From an uncultured Gammaproteobacteria bacterium (lineage in GTDB: Bacteria > Pseudomonadota > Gammaproteobacteria > JACCXJ01), in NCBI GenBank assembly GCA_963764725.1, contig CAVXTM010000018.1, positions 480,001 through 544,000 of the forward strand: a stretch of 64,000 nt of DNA, given 5' to 3'. Positions 1 through 10,131 of this stretch are shown piece after piece. The translations under genes were made by a program, and so were the position numbers. The notes beneath the pieces were generated by a model, which had not been told where the DNA came from, made no database searches, and saw only the letters and a program-made list of their open reading frames with translations. Positions within the stretch are counted from its first letter, which is position 1. Each line of letters starts with the position of its first letter.

Positions 1-52
1 GTTGCCGTCGTTTGGCGACCGGTATATACGGTTTCCACGAAAAATAGCTCAT
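1..52 (-). CDS. N-terminus (partial, runs off window) of probable SWIM zinc-finger partner of the SNF2 helicase
   Basis: ATG at 52, just after the SNF2 stop, reads MSYFSWKPYIPVAKRRQ, resembling N-termini of SWIM proteins that follow this SNF2 family; only 17 codons visible. Confidence 0.5.
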   Translation of the reverse strand, partial: MSYFSWKPYIPVAKRRQ

Positions 53-55
53 CGC

Positions 56-2758
56 TTACGCCTCCTTCATCGCCGCGCTCAAATCTAGCGAGACGAGTTT
101 CAGTAGTTCTTCATCTTTCATCTCCGTCAGCAACATATCGACACCACCACCGAGAAGCTCTCCCGCGAGTTGCTGCTTCGATTCGATCATCTGGTCTATC
201 TTATCTTCCACCGTACCTCGGCACACAAATTTGTGTACTAACACGTTCTTGGTCTGCCCGATCCGAAAGGCGCGATCGGTGGCTTGATCCTCAACCGCAG
301 GATTCCACCACCGATCAAAATGAATGACATGCGAGGCGGCCGTCAGATTGAGTCCGGCCCCGCCCGCCTTGAGCGAGAGCACGAAGAAGGGGACCCTCTC
401 GTCCTCCTGAAAGCGGCGCACGAGCCCCTGACGTTTTCTGACCTCAGTCTCGCCATGGAGAACTAGGCCAGGACGCCCGAAGATGGCACCGAGAAACGCC
501 GCGAGTGGCGCCGTGATTTCCTTGAACTGGGTAAAGACCAACGCCTTTTCCTGCTTGGCGGCGATGACCTCCGCGAGATCGCGTAGGCGTGCGAGCTTCC
601 CGCTGTCTTCTTCTCCCCAGGCACTATCCCCTAACCACTGTGAGGGGTGATTGCAAATCTGCTTGAGGCGCATGAGGAGCGCCAGCACCAGGCCTTTGCG
701 CTTAATGCCCTCGGCTGCGCGCATCTGCTCGGATAAGTCATCCACGGCTTGCTGGTAGAGCGCGACCTGCTTGCGGCTGAGCGCACAGAACGCTTTGACC
801 TCGGTCTTATCCGGCAGATCCGCGATGATGCGCTTGTCGGTCTTGAGACGCCGCAGGATGTAGGGACGCACGAGTTCGCGCAACGGCCCGTAAGGATTTT
901 GGGGATGATCGGCCAGCCGCTTGGCGAAGGTAGAAAATTGCTTCGCCGATCCCAAGAGGCCGGGATTGGTGAAATCGAAGATCGACCAGAGATCGCCCAG
1001 CCGATTTTCGATCGGCGTCCCCGTCAGTGCGATCCGGGCCTCGGATTTGAGCCGCTTGACGGCTTTGGTCTGCTTGGTATTGGGGTTCTTGATGGCCTGA
1101 GCCTCGTCGAGAATAACGAAACGCCAGGTGCTCTCGGTGAGCCAGGGCACCCGTTCGAGGGAGCCGTAGCTGGTGATCACGAGATCGGCCTCAGATCGAC
1201 GTTCTGGCGCCAAGGTCTTGAGTTCTTCTACCGGTAACGCCGAGGGGTGGGCCACCAGTGCACGGAGCGCCGGTGCGAAACGTTCAATTTCAGATGTCCA
1301 GTTGGCTAGGAGAGACGCGGGGGCCACGAGGAGGTTCGGCTTGCGTGCCTTGCGGGTTTTGGCTTTGAGAACCAATAGCAGTGCCAGGATCTGAATGGTC
1401 TTGCCCAAGCCCATATCGTCCGCAAGACAGGCGCCGAGCCGCAGGCTCGTGAGCAGGTGCAGCCATTGCACGCCGGCGTGCTGATAAGGCCGCAGGGTAC
1501 CCTGCAAAGCACTACCCGGATCGACGCGGGTTCCTGCGTCTGGATGGCGTAGACCTTTTAGCGTCTCGGCGAGCCAGGGTCCGGCCACGACCTCGCTCCA
1601 CTCTGCAACGGTCGCTTCCGTGGGCGCAGCGCCTGAGACATCCGCACCGGCAAGCAGGCGCATCGCTTCGCCAAAAGGTAGACCAACCGTTTTGGCAGAT
1701 TGCTCGATGGCCTGAAATTGCTCCAGTGTTCGCCGCAGACGTGCGTGATCGATCTCGACCCAACGGCCGCGAATCAGTGCCAACCCGTCGGATTGGGCCA
1801 GCAGTTGGCTGATTTCCGACGGCGACAAGGTCTCGCCCTCGAGGGTCACCTCCATCCGGAAGTCTAAGAGGGCCTCCAAACCGAGCGCTGAAGGGGGGTT
1901 ACCACCTACGGTCACCTTAACGTGGGGCCGAGCCGGACGGTTCATGCGCCAATTGAGCGGCATTCGCACCGCGACCCCAGCAGCTTCCAATAGCGGTACG
2001 TCGCGGAGGAATTGAAAAGCTTCCTGTGGGCGCCAGCGTAGGGGATGATAGATTTCGCCCGCGTTGACCATTGTCTTGAGCCAGGGGCACCGCTCGCCCG
2101 CGCGCTGCACGGGCATTAGCAGCGACAATAGGCGCTCGCGGTTCGCCGCCCCCGCATACTCTCGTAAGGCTTGGCCAAGCGGCACGTGTTGCGCCCGGGC
2201 GTTCGCCGCGAGCCGCGTTGTGTAGGTGGCGAGAAATGCGAAGGGGGCTTCCGCATCCTTCCGGTTCTCAGCCAGGTTGAAGTGCACACGTCCGACGAGA
2301 TTCCAGGCCGGATGGCGACCCTTGAGGAACTCCTGTACGCCAACGCGGGCTTCTAGCAGTTCAACCCCAAGCGCCGTATTCATCCCCCGCCAAAGGGCCG
2401 CTAGAACATCCGACGTCAGATATTCCGCGCCCGTCATGAGCGGGGCCGCGAGGGCCAGCTGCTCCAACTCAGCCTCAAGAGGCGTAAGTACGTCAATCGC
2501 GGCACCGCCTTCCCCTGCCTCGGGAAGCGCGCATAGCGCCGTCACATATCGCACACCCAGCTCACGCCAATAGGCAAACACCGGGGGGAGAATGGTCTCG
2601 ACTTCACCAGCACCCAGTTGCAATAACCCATGCCCGGAACCGCGCCCGAACATCTTCTCTAACCGCGCTGCTAATTCACCATCAAGCTCAGGTGCGTCTT
2701 CTGCCGGGGTCAATACAATACAACCCTGCGGCGTGAGCAGGGGGGTGAGGGACAACAT
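56..2758 (-). CDS. SNF2/DEAD-H family helicase-like ATPase
   Basis: 900 aa; LRPYQ, LADDMGLGKT, ILDEAQ, LTGTPIEN, SLKAGGAGLNLT, WWNPAVEDQATDRAFRIGQ motifs. Confidence 0.95.
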   Translation of the reverse strand: MLSLTPLLTPQGCIVLTPAEDAPELDGELAARLEKMFGRGSGHGLLQLGAGEVETILPPVFAYWRELGVRYVTALCALPEAGEGGAAIDVLTPLEAELEQLALAAPLMTGAEYLTSDVLAALWRGMNTALGVELLEARVGVQEFLKGRHPAWNLVGRVHFNLAENRKDAEAPFAFLATYTTRLAANARAQHVPLGQALREYAGAANRERLLSLLMPVQRAGERCPWLKTMVNAGEIYHPLRWRPQEAFQFLRDVPLLEAAGVAVRMPLNWRMNRPARPHVKVTVGGNPPSALGLEALLDFRMEVTLEGETLSPSEISQLLAQSDGLALIRGRWVEIDHARLRRTLEQFQAIEQSAKTVGLPFGEAMRLLAGADVSGAAPTEATVAEWSEVVAGPWLAETLKGLRHPDAGTRVDPGSALQGTLRPYQHAGVQWLHLLTSLRLGACLADDMGLGKTIQILALLLVLKAKTRKARKPNLLVAPASLLANWTSEIERFAPALRALVAHPSALPVEELKTLAPERRSEADLVITSYGSLERVPWLTESTWRFVILDEAQAIKNPNTKQTKAVKRLKSEARIALTGTPIENRLGDLWSIFDFTNPGLLGSAKQFSTFAKRLADHPQNPYGPLRELVRPYILRRLKTDKRIIADLPDKTEVKAFCALSRKQVALYQQAVDDLSEQMRAAEGIKRKGLVLALLMRLKQICNHPSQWLGDSAWGEEDSGKLARLRDLAEVIAAKQEKALVFTQFKEITAPLAAFLGAIFGRPGLVLHGETEVRKRQGLVRRFQEDERVPFFVLSLKAGGAGLNLTAASHVIHFDRWWNPAVEDQATDRAFRIGQTKNVLVHKFVCRGTVEDKIDQMIESKQQLAGELLGGGVDMLLTEMKDEELLKLVSLDLSAAMKEA

Positions 2759-2987
2759 CGTGGCGGGAGCGGCTTGGTGGGTTGCTACGCGATTATGACT
2801 GTGCGGTCGGCGAATACCCGGCCTAATCCGGCGATGAGTATTGACGTCAGGCGGGATGTCGAGCCCCCTCGCTACTCGGGCGTGTCTGTTTGGATAGAGT
2901 CATCATCTGAGGGCTAGGCACACTTGCGCTCGGTCTCGTCCTTCGCCGATCGCGCCTGTTCCAGATTGTCATGTAGGGCGACGTAGC

Positions 2988-3114
2988 ATGGTCAAGAAAC
3001 TCCAACTGCATGCAACGGCATGGGTTATCGATACATACCGTAGCTTTCCTATCCCGAATGGTCAAAAAACTCAAACTGCATGAAACGCCACTGGCTATCG
3101 ACCGGTGCCGTAGC
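2988..3114. repeat. Two degenerate 57-bp direct repeats, 70-bp period
   Basis: atggtcaagaaactccaactgcatgcaac...ccgtagc (2988-3044) vs atggtcaaaaaactcaaactgcatgaaac...ccgtagc (3058-3114). Confidence 0.75.
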
Positions 3115-3125
3115 CGCGATGCTTC

Positions 3126-3503
3126 CTATACGCCGCGACCTGCGGCGTCCGCTAGCTGCTTGTCGAGCGTAATAAGTTCGGCTTGGAGTTTTTGCGCGAG
3201 CCAAAGGTACGACGCATCGTAGACCGTAAGACCCATGCGCTCTGCCAGAGTGATCGCTTCGGGGAGATCCACTCTTGTCTCGACGATCGCCATGCGCCCG
3301 AAGAGTTGATGGGTCGACAACAATGCTTCCCGCTGCTCTGGGTGGCGATGAAGCTTTTTTAAGCAGACACTCGCCACTTCAAACTGAAGCAAGGGAGGCG
3401 CTGCAAGCTTCGCGTTACGCAGCTGCGTGGCGATGGTGGGCGCATCGGGCTCACCAAATAACAAGGCGGCGATAGCGGACGCATCGACGACCTTAACGGA
3501 CAT
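3126..3503 (-). CDS. vapC: VapC-family PIN toxin
   Basis: VVDASA N-terminus, LTVYDASYLWLA, LITLD; overlaps upstream antitoxin. Confidence 0.92.
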   Translation of the reverse strand: MSVKVVDASAIAALLFGEPDAPTIATQLRNAKLAAPPLLQFEVASVCLKKLHRHPEQREALLSTHQLFGRMAIVETRVDLPEAITLAERMGLTVYDASYLWLAQKLQAELITLDKQLADAAGRGV

Positions 3504-3729
3504 CACGGTCCGCGCGGATCAATTCCACGGCTTCCGATGGCGTCCGTAACTGTAGACGTTGCACTTCCTTGACGACCTCCTCTGGTGTCAGTGGCTCTGG
3601 TGTCCTCACGCTTTCTTCGAGGATGGCCATAAGCTCACCCTGGAGCGAGCGGTGGTGGCGGCTCGCCCGCTCGCGCAGCCGCTGGACAATGTCGTCCGGG
3701 GCGTTCTTGATTGACAGGTTTACAGGCAT
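3493..3729 (-). CDS. Arc/FitA-like ribbon-helix-helix antitoxin
   Basis: MPVNLSIKNAPDDIVQRLRERASRHHRSLQGELMAIL; ATG at 3729 preferred over the longer track ORF. Confidence 0.88.
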   Translation of the reverse strand: MPVNLSIKNAPDDIVQRLRERASRHHRSLQGELMAILEESVRTPEPLTPEEVVKEVQRLQLRTPSEAVELIRADRDVR

Positions 3730-3738
3730 GTTGATGCT

Positions 3739-3769
3739 CCATAATAGCTCCATTTCAGAACTATTATGG
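3739..3769. promoter_or_regulatory. Inverted repeat, putative TA autoregulatory operator
   Basis: ccataatag-N13-ctattatgg directly upstream of the antitoxin start. Confidence 0.5.
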
Positions 3770-3960
3770 CATTGACCGGCTTGAAAGGGGAGGATCTCTA
3801 AATGAGGAAAAGGCTGTTCCTGACTATGAGTCAAAGTGCGGAATAAAACTCACCAGATCTCGGCAAAACCAGGCGTTTCTCGCCAAAACTCGCCGTTATA
3901 TTCCGCAATAACTTTCAGAATTTATACGATTTATCATGGAGTTAACACACATGTGTAGCA

Positions 3961-4009
3961 GGGACTGAAAATCCCTGTGTCGGCGGTTCAATTCCGTCCC
4001 TGGCCACCA
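3961..4009 (+). repeat. 3' half of tRNA-Phe(GAA), att site copy 1
   Basis: gggactgaaaatccctgtgtcggcggttcaattccgtccctggccacca: anticodon arm, T arm and CCA; no D arm or 5' acceptor strand upstream. Confidence 0.9.
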
Positions 4010-4079
4010 AATCAATCACTTAGCGGATCCTAGAGCAGGGGATAAAACGTCCCTGCTCTAGCGAGTCCGGTCTTTCCGG

Positions 4080-4118
4080 CTGCGCGGAATTTTCCTTAGC
4101 ATTAGGAATTCGCGACGC
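4080..4118 (-). mobile_element. Isolated terminal sequence of an rve-integrase element
   Basis: Reverse strand gtcgcgaattcctaatgctaaggaaaattccgcg matches the ends at about 44230-44265 and 59741. Confidence 0.55.
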
Positions 4119-4273
4119 GGCCAGCACGTCAACGTGCGCGTCAAGCCGCAACGCCCCGACCTGGTCGCCAAAGCGATTTCACCGAAACATGCGGCGCCCC
4201 GGAGCAGTGCTGATGGCCGGCGATGTGGGCAATATCGTCTGGCGCGTGACGCCAGCAGCGACAAATAAGTTCG

Positions 4274-4411
4274 CTGCTCATCACCGACACGGCGTTCTAC
4301 CGGAACCCGAACTATCACACCCCCCGAGACACAGCGGCGACGCTCGACTACCAGCGCATGGCCGGGGTGGTGCAGGGTGTGTACGCTGCAGTGTTGGCCC
4401 TGGCGCAGTAG
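4274..4411 (+). pseudogene. C-terminal fragment of M28-family peptidase, preceded by a short PQQ/sorbosone-dehydrogenase-like C-terminal scrap (about 4200-4260)
   Basis: LLITDTAFYRNPNYHTPRDTAATLDYQRMAGVVQGV; upstream GAVLMAGDVGNIVWRVT. Confidence 0.65.
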
Positions 4412-4471
4412 CATCGCTGCACCTCTTGCCCATTGAGTCTTCCACCTGGCTTAGAGCCCAGGTGAGTACCT

Positions 4472-5030
4472 TCATCCACGATCTTCGTGTACCGCCCGAT
4501 AAAGCTCTGCGTAAGCGCGGGTTAACCCGTCTGGCTGATAGTGCGCGTTCAGGCCGCTAGGGCTAGGCAGCACCCAGAGCATGGCTGGACCCAATGTTTC
4601 CTCCCGCCGGCCCAGCGTTGCTTTTGGTGTTGTGAACGCCACGCGATAGGCGCTGATGCCCAGCATGGCCATGTACCGAGGCCGGTAGCGGCGCACTTTT
4701 TCTTCCAGCCGCCGCGCGCCCTCTTTGAGCTCATCGATCGAGAGCTCATCCGCGCGGGCAGTGGCGCGCTCGACCAGGTTGGTGAGCCCATAGCCAAGTT
4801 GAACCATCGCGCCTCCCTCGAACGGCGACAGCAGGCGATCCATGAAGCCTGCCCGGCACAAGGTCGCCCAGAACGATTGCCGGGCCGCGCCAAGTGATAG
4901 CCCGTCGCACCCGAGTAGAGTCCAGGATTGATGCCACAGAACAGCACCTTCAGCTCAGGTGCGATAACGTCTGGAATAATCCGACCGGCGGCGGCGCATA
5001 TCTCCTCTTTGCTCGGTCTGGTCAGGACTG
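4472..5030 (-). pseudogene. mug: G/U mismatch-specific uracil DNA glycosylase, frameshifted
   Basis: IPDVIAPELKVLFCGINPGLYSG...PGNR in one frame, GLTNLVERATARADEL...WVLPSPSGLNAH in another. Confidence 0.85.
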
Positions 5031-5421
5031 GTAGGGCGATGGCATTAAATTCCAGAAAAATGGTTCGGATGGACGCGCTAGGGCTAATCAAGGAGGCGCT
5101 TGCGCTACAGCAGCTTGTCATTCCGAGCGCACGCGAGGAATCTTGAACGCTTGGAGCAGAGAGATCTCTGATTGAATGGCGGCTCTACGAGGCGTCTATA
5201 GCCGGCTTAAAGTAGGCACGTGAGTATTCTACAAAGAGATTCCCCTACTGCAATTCATTGTCAAGGGTTGGACTATCCATTACTATCAAGGCAGGATTGC
5301 AATGGCGTGGATTTGATGCAGGTATTCCGCGTAATCTTTGCTCCCTCTGGATACCGCCGGCCAAAATGAGCTGGCGGCAATGCAAAACAACTCAATGGCT
5401 GATCGTTACGCCAGGGTCGAT

Positions 5422-5876
5422 TTAACTTTTAATTTTTTCATCATTAACGTTTCCTACAACGCCAGCTGTTGCGATAAAACGCAGAGCATCCTCAACAGAC
5501 ATATCTATTTCTACTACATTTTCCCGTGCCATAATGACCGTGTTTCCACCCATCTGATAACTGAACGGCAGAAATACGGCAACCTGGTTTTCGGTAATAA
5601 AAGTGTGTGAAAACTCCGCAGAAGCCGAAACTGTAATAAAGCCTATCTGTTGACGATTGCCGGGAGGCACATTAACCAAAACTACTTGTTTAAATTTTCC
5701 TTTCTGTTCGCTGGAAAAGAGAGAAATAAAATCGCGTATGGCTGTATATATGGATTTAACAACGGGAATCTGGATCACAAGTTGTTCAACGTTATTGAAC
5801 TGTCTACGGAAAGTTGGAGACTCCTGGGGATAATAGCGATTAACCCTTTGAGAAAGGTTTTACTGATCGGCTTCAT
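5422..5876 (-). pseudogene. DUF502 family membrane protein, internally deleted/frameshifted
   Basis: MKPISKTFLKGLIAIIP start, then IPVVKSIYTAIRDF...VAVFLPFSYQMGG...DMSVEDALRFIATAG. Confidence 0.7.
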
Positions 5877-5909
5877 TTTAATTTCCAATGTTCGTAATTC
5901 ATAAGCTAG

Positions 5910-7104
5910 GGAACCTCTGAACAAGTAATCAAGAATGGTTGCGCGGCATGCATACGAATCGATGTCAGACGGAAACGCGGCCTTGAGGTCTGTTTGTCAT
6001 CGTTCAGGGGGCCATGTTCGCGCCGTTTGCCATGCTGCAGACATACTACGCCCCCGACAGTCGCCACAGCCGCCGGCGCATCAGGTACAGATTGGTCAGC
6101 GCACAGGTGACGAACAGGCGGTGTGCGCTCCATCCTCAGGGCGCCAAGCAGGCCCATCCTTGGGCCTGGCTCTCTTCGCCAACCCCTTGTAGCGGGTCTT
6201 CACGAAGCCGAAGATACGCTTAATGATGAGAAAGGGGTGCTCGACCTTGGCGCGCACGCTGGACTTGGTTTTGTTCTTCGCCCGTTGGACTTCGTCGATC
6301 CCCTTCTTGTAACGGTAACGTCGATGGGTGAAATCGGTGGCCTTCGGTGCGTGCTTGCGTATGACCTCACTCTGCCCCTGATAGGCCGAGTCGCCCCACA
6401 CCCGTGTCTCCTCCCCGTGCAAGAGCTCGGGCAGGCACACCGAGTCGTGCACATTAGCAGCGGTGGCGGCCACCGCATGGATGACCTTGGTCTGGCTGTC
6501 CACACCGATGTGCGCCTTCATCCCGAAATACCACTGGTTACCTTTCTTGGTCGGATGCATGTCCGGGTCGCGTTGCTTGCCCTTGTTCTTAGTGGAAGCT
6601 GGAGCGCTGATGATCGTCGCATCGACGATGGTGCCCGTGCCGATCTTGATGCCCTGGCGCTCCAAGTATGCATGCACCTGCTCGAAGAGCTTCTTCCCAA
6701 GCCCATGCGCCTCCAGCAGATGGCGGAAGCGGCACACCGTGGATTCATCAGGCACCGGCATCTCTCCAAGGTCAATGCCTGCAAACCGACGCATCGACAC
6801 CGAGTCATACAGCGCTTCTTCCACGCCCGGATCCGAGAGGTTGAACCACTGCTGCAGAAAGTACACCCGCAGCATCATCTCCAGCTCCTTCGGAGGACGG
6901 CCATCACCCGCCTTCGGATACATGGGCGCTATCAGTGCGCACAAATCTCCCCACGGCACAATACGGCGGTGAGAAATCTCTCCCGACGCGTGGTCTTGCT
7001 GTACTTCTCGAAACCCGTGCCCAGTGTCATCTGCTTGCTCATTATCGTCCTCGATTGTATTCGGTGCGCCTACCGATCAGATCGTGGACTTTTGCAGAGG
7101 TTCC
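5910..7104 (-). mobile_element. IS5-family element type A, copy 1 (transposase 6046-7042 frameshifted at both ends)
   Basis: GGAACCTCTG terminal IRs, CTAG target duplication, DDE core IVDATII / KAHIGVD / WGDSAY / RAKVEHPF. Confidence 0.92.
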
Positions 7105-7181
7105 CTAGATGATAGTTCGAAATAAAAGGGTGATGTTTTATATAACAACTTTAACCCGAAAGGGAATAGAGATTTAAAAAC

Positions 7182-8564
7182 GGGTCTTCGTGAAAACGTG
7201 TGGGTAATTTTGTTTCCATGATCACGCTGCAAGGCTTGCTCCGCAAGGGATTACGCCCGGTTGAAGGGACGGTAATTTCTGGCATGCTGTGGCGATGGCT
7301 ACCCAACGCAAACGCTCTCGTCGTCTCACCGACACATACGCCTTTGACGGCTTTCGTCCACAAGCAACGGTACGCGGGGTTTTCGGGGAACCGAAGGTGC
7401 GCATCGTCACGCTCGTACGACGCTCAAAAAAACACGCTGTGGAGTCTGCGGTACGTTGCATCGCGGTTGGTACGACAAGAAGCTGCGGCAGGTTCGAGAT
7501 CTCTCCTGCGGGGATACGCACGTGCGGCTGGAGTTGGAGGTCCGGCGTGTGGATTGCCGGCAGTGCGGCAAGGTGAAGCGCGAGCGTCTGGACTTTCTGG
7601 CCGACAACCCTTTCTACACCAAGCGCTTTGCTTTCTACGTCGGGCGGCGCTGCCGCACGAGCACCATCAAGGCGGTGGCCGATGAGTTGGATCTCGACTG
7701 GCAGACGGTCAAGGAGTTGGACAAGCAATACATGGGTGCGCAGCTTGCACGGGCTGGCCGGCCAGGACCTGCGGTTATCGGCATCGATGAGATCGCCATC
7801 CGCAAAGGTCACACCTATCGCATCGTGGTCAGCGATCTCCTCCGTGGCCGACCGATCTGGTTTGGCGGGACTGACCGCTCTCAGGCCAGCATGGACGAAT
7901 TCTTCAAATGGCTGGGGCCGCGTAAAACCAAGGGGGTGCGCTTGGCTGTGATGGATATGTGGAAGCCGTTTCGCAACAGCACCAGAGAACAAGCGCCCCA
8001 GGCGGCCATCCTGTTCGACAAATTTCACGTGACGCGTCATCTGGGCGAAGCGCTCGATAAGGTCCGCAAGGGGGAGTACGCCCGACTCAGCGGCGAGAAA
8101 CGTACCTACATCAAGGGCCAAAAATATACCCTGCTCTCCCGGCGGGAGAATCTGACCCTCGATGGTCGAGCTGCCTTGAAGAGGCTCCTCGCCGCCAACA
8201 AGCGGCTGAACACTGCTTATCTGCTCAAGGAATCTTTCGGCCAATTGTGGAGCTACGAGCGTGAAGCGTGGGCGCGACGTTTCTTCGAGAACTGGCGTAA
8301 CGCGCTTAAATGGCAGCGTCTGAAACCGTACGAGAAATTCGCCGAGATGATCGAGCGCCATTGGGATGGGATCGCTGCTTATTGCAAACCAGAGAACAAG
8401 ATCTCTCTCGGATTCGTCGAAGGACTCAACAACAAGATCCGCGTCATCCAGCGCCGCGCCTACGGACTCCGCGACGAGGATTACCTGCGCCTCAAGGTGC
8501 TTACCTGCATGCTGCCGGTACTGTGAAAACACCATTTTCTACCCACTCACTTTCACGATGAGCC
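7182..8564 (+). mobile_element. ISL3-family element, copy 1
   Basis: GGGTCTTCGTGAAA / GGCTCATCGTGAAA ends, 8-bp TSD ttaaaaac. Confidence 0.95.
7295..8526 (+). CDS. ISL3 transposase, probably made by -1 frameshift at A7 (7426-7432)
   Basis: IGIDE, AVMDMW, FDKFHV, VEGLNNKI motifs; short upstream ORF joins the CGVC..CRQC zinc finger through tcA AAA AAA. Confidence 0.85.
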
Positions 8565-8619
8565 TTAAAAACCTGAAGACAAAGGCGCTTTAAAATCCCT
8601 ATTGCCGATGGCAACGCAT

Positions 8620-8944
8620 TGAAATACAGCACGCCGCTGTCACTGCGGCGCTCGAAGGCGTTCTGCAGTGCCTGAAAGCTCGAGATCCCGTGTGCATCCA
8701 GCACCACCACTTCGCCATCGAGCCAGGCGTGGTCGGCCTCGAGTTTCGACAACGCGGAGGCGACACCCCCGAGTTTGCCGGTCCAGTCGTGGCCGTTGCG
8801 GCTGTACAAACGCGCCTCACCCGCCTCGATACGGGCAAGCATCCGGTATCCGTCATATTTAATCTCGTACAACCAGTTGCCCCCCGCAGGCGGGGTTTCC
8901 ACCAGGGTTGCGAGCTGCGGAGCGATGAGGGATGGCAGAGCCAC
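8620..8944 (-). pseudogene. ligD: LigD ATP-dependent ligase domain, N-terminal fragment
   Basis: PQLATLV, WLYEIKYDGYR, LYSRNG, LDGEVVV, FQALQ, then truncated. Confidence 0.85.
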
Positions 8945-8983
8945 TTTGTTGCCGCGTCTGACTCGTGCTCTCTTTGTAGCCTT

Positions 8984-9610
8984 TTAGGCGGCGCGCTCGG
9001 GGGTGTGCGACGCGCGCGCGTCTTTCGCTCGCGGAGTGCGCGCCTTCTTGACGCTGTTCGGATGCAATGTCGTGATCTCGGCTTGCCTCCCGGCGCGCGC
9101 AGCCTCATCGCCGTGTTTGATGAGCAACCAGTTGTCGTGTTTGTCACGCCCATCGCCGCGCATGCGCACGAGCCTCCATGAGCCCTTAAGTTTCTCGCCG
9201 TCGAGTCGGAATGCGAGGCTGCCCTTGGCGTAGGCCGCTCGCGCATCGCCCTCGGGCATCCAGGTACCAAGGTCCCATAGCACGACTCTGCCCGCACCGT
9301 AATTGCCCTCGGGTATCACGCCTTCGAACTTGCCGTAGTCGAGCGGATGGTCCTCGACATGTACCGCGAGGCGTTTTTCATGCGGATCGAGGCTAGGACC
9401 TTTGGGCACCGCCCAGCTTTTCAGCGCGCCATCGAGCTCCAGGCGGAAATCGTAGTGAAGGCTCCTCGCGGCGTGCCGCTGCACGCAGAACATGAGGCCT
9501 TTGCCTGTCCTGCGCGCGCCTGTGCCCTTCGGTTCCGGTGTGTTGCGGAAATCGCGTTTGCGATAGTAACCAACGAGAGTGCCGGTACGCGCCAGCTTCA
9601 TTCGCGCCAT
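8984..9610 (-). CDS. ligD: LigD 3'-phosphoesterase domain (now separated from the ligase domain)
   Basis: YYRKRDFRNTPEP, QRHAARSLHYDFRLE, SWAVPKGP, VEDHP, GNYGAG, NWLLIK. Confidence 0.88.
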   Translation of the reverse strand: MARMKLARTGTLVGYYRKRDFRNTPEPKGTGARRTGKGLMFCVQRHAARSLHYDFRLELDGALKSWAVPKGPSLDPHEKRLAVHVEDHPLDYGKFEGVIPEGNYGAGRVVLWDLGTWMPEGDARAAYAKGSLAFRLDGEKLKGSWRLVRMRGDGRDKHDNWLLIKHGDEAARAGRQAEITTLHPNSVKKARTPRAKDARASHTPERAA

Positions 9611-9694
9611 GTTGATCTGTAGGATAACCGTGCCGGTTACCTGGCAAACCGCAGGTGCCCTACAGATCTCGTCCTGGAAAAAGCGGGGCTGTAA

Positions 9695-10085
9695 TCAAGC
9701 ACGTTTGCGGCGGCGTGGTGATCCAGCGTCTTCGCGCGTATTGCGGCGACGGGAGGATTCCGAGCGCACGGTCGTCTTTTTCTTGCGTGCTGTGTCGCCC
9801 TGTTCCTTGCCCTTCAGGCTGCCCTTTAATAATGACATGAGGTCGATGATTTCGGCGCTGCGTCGCGGCTCTTTGCCCTCTTCCGGCTGCGTGACTACGG
9901 CCGATTTTCCAGCCTTGACCTTCGCCTGCACCCGCGCGAGCAGATCTTCGCGGTAGGTGTCGTGATATTGCCGCGGGTCCCACTCCCCGGTCATGTCTTC
10001 GACGAGTCGCCTCGCCATCCCGATCTCGCGCTCGTTGAGGCCGGCCTTCTTCAGGCCCAGGGCGGGGAAATGAAAGTCTTCCGTG
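9695..10085 (-). pseudogene. ku: Ku (NHEJ) C-terminal fragment
   Basis: EIGMARRLVEDMTGEWDPRQYHDTYREDL...IIDLMSLLKGSL plus basic tail; lies upstream of ligD. Confidence 0.85.
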
Positions 10086-10131
10086 TTCGGGAGCCCGTGC
10101 ACGCAATACGTCCAGAAATTGTGGTACTTCC

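Noticed and set aside
2988-3114. Possible CRISPR mini-array
   Set aside because: Only two degenerate 57-bp units with a 13-bp gap; no cas genes
3955-4009. Intact tRNA-Phe (also 22723, 62057) or tRNA-Lys (57202)
   Set aside because: No D arm or 5' acceptor strand upstream of any copy
7222-8535. 437-aa antisense ORF in ISL3 (also 13132-14445, 36435-37670)
   Set aside because: Shadow of the transposase; no recognisable motifs, and it is shortened by a stop in copy 3
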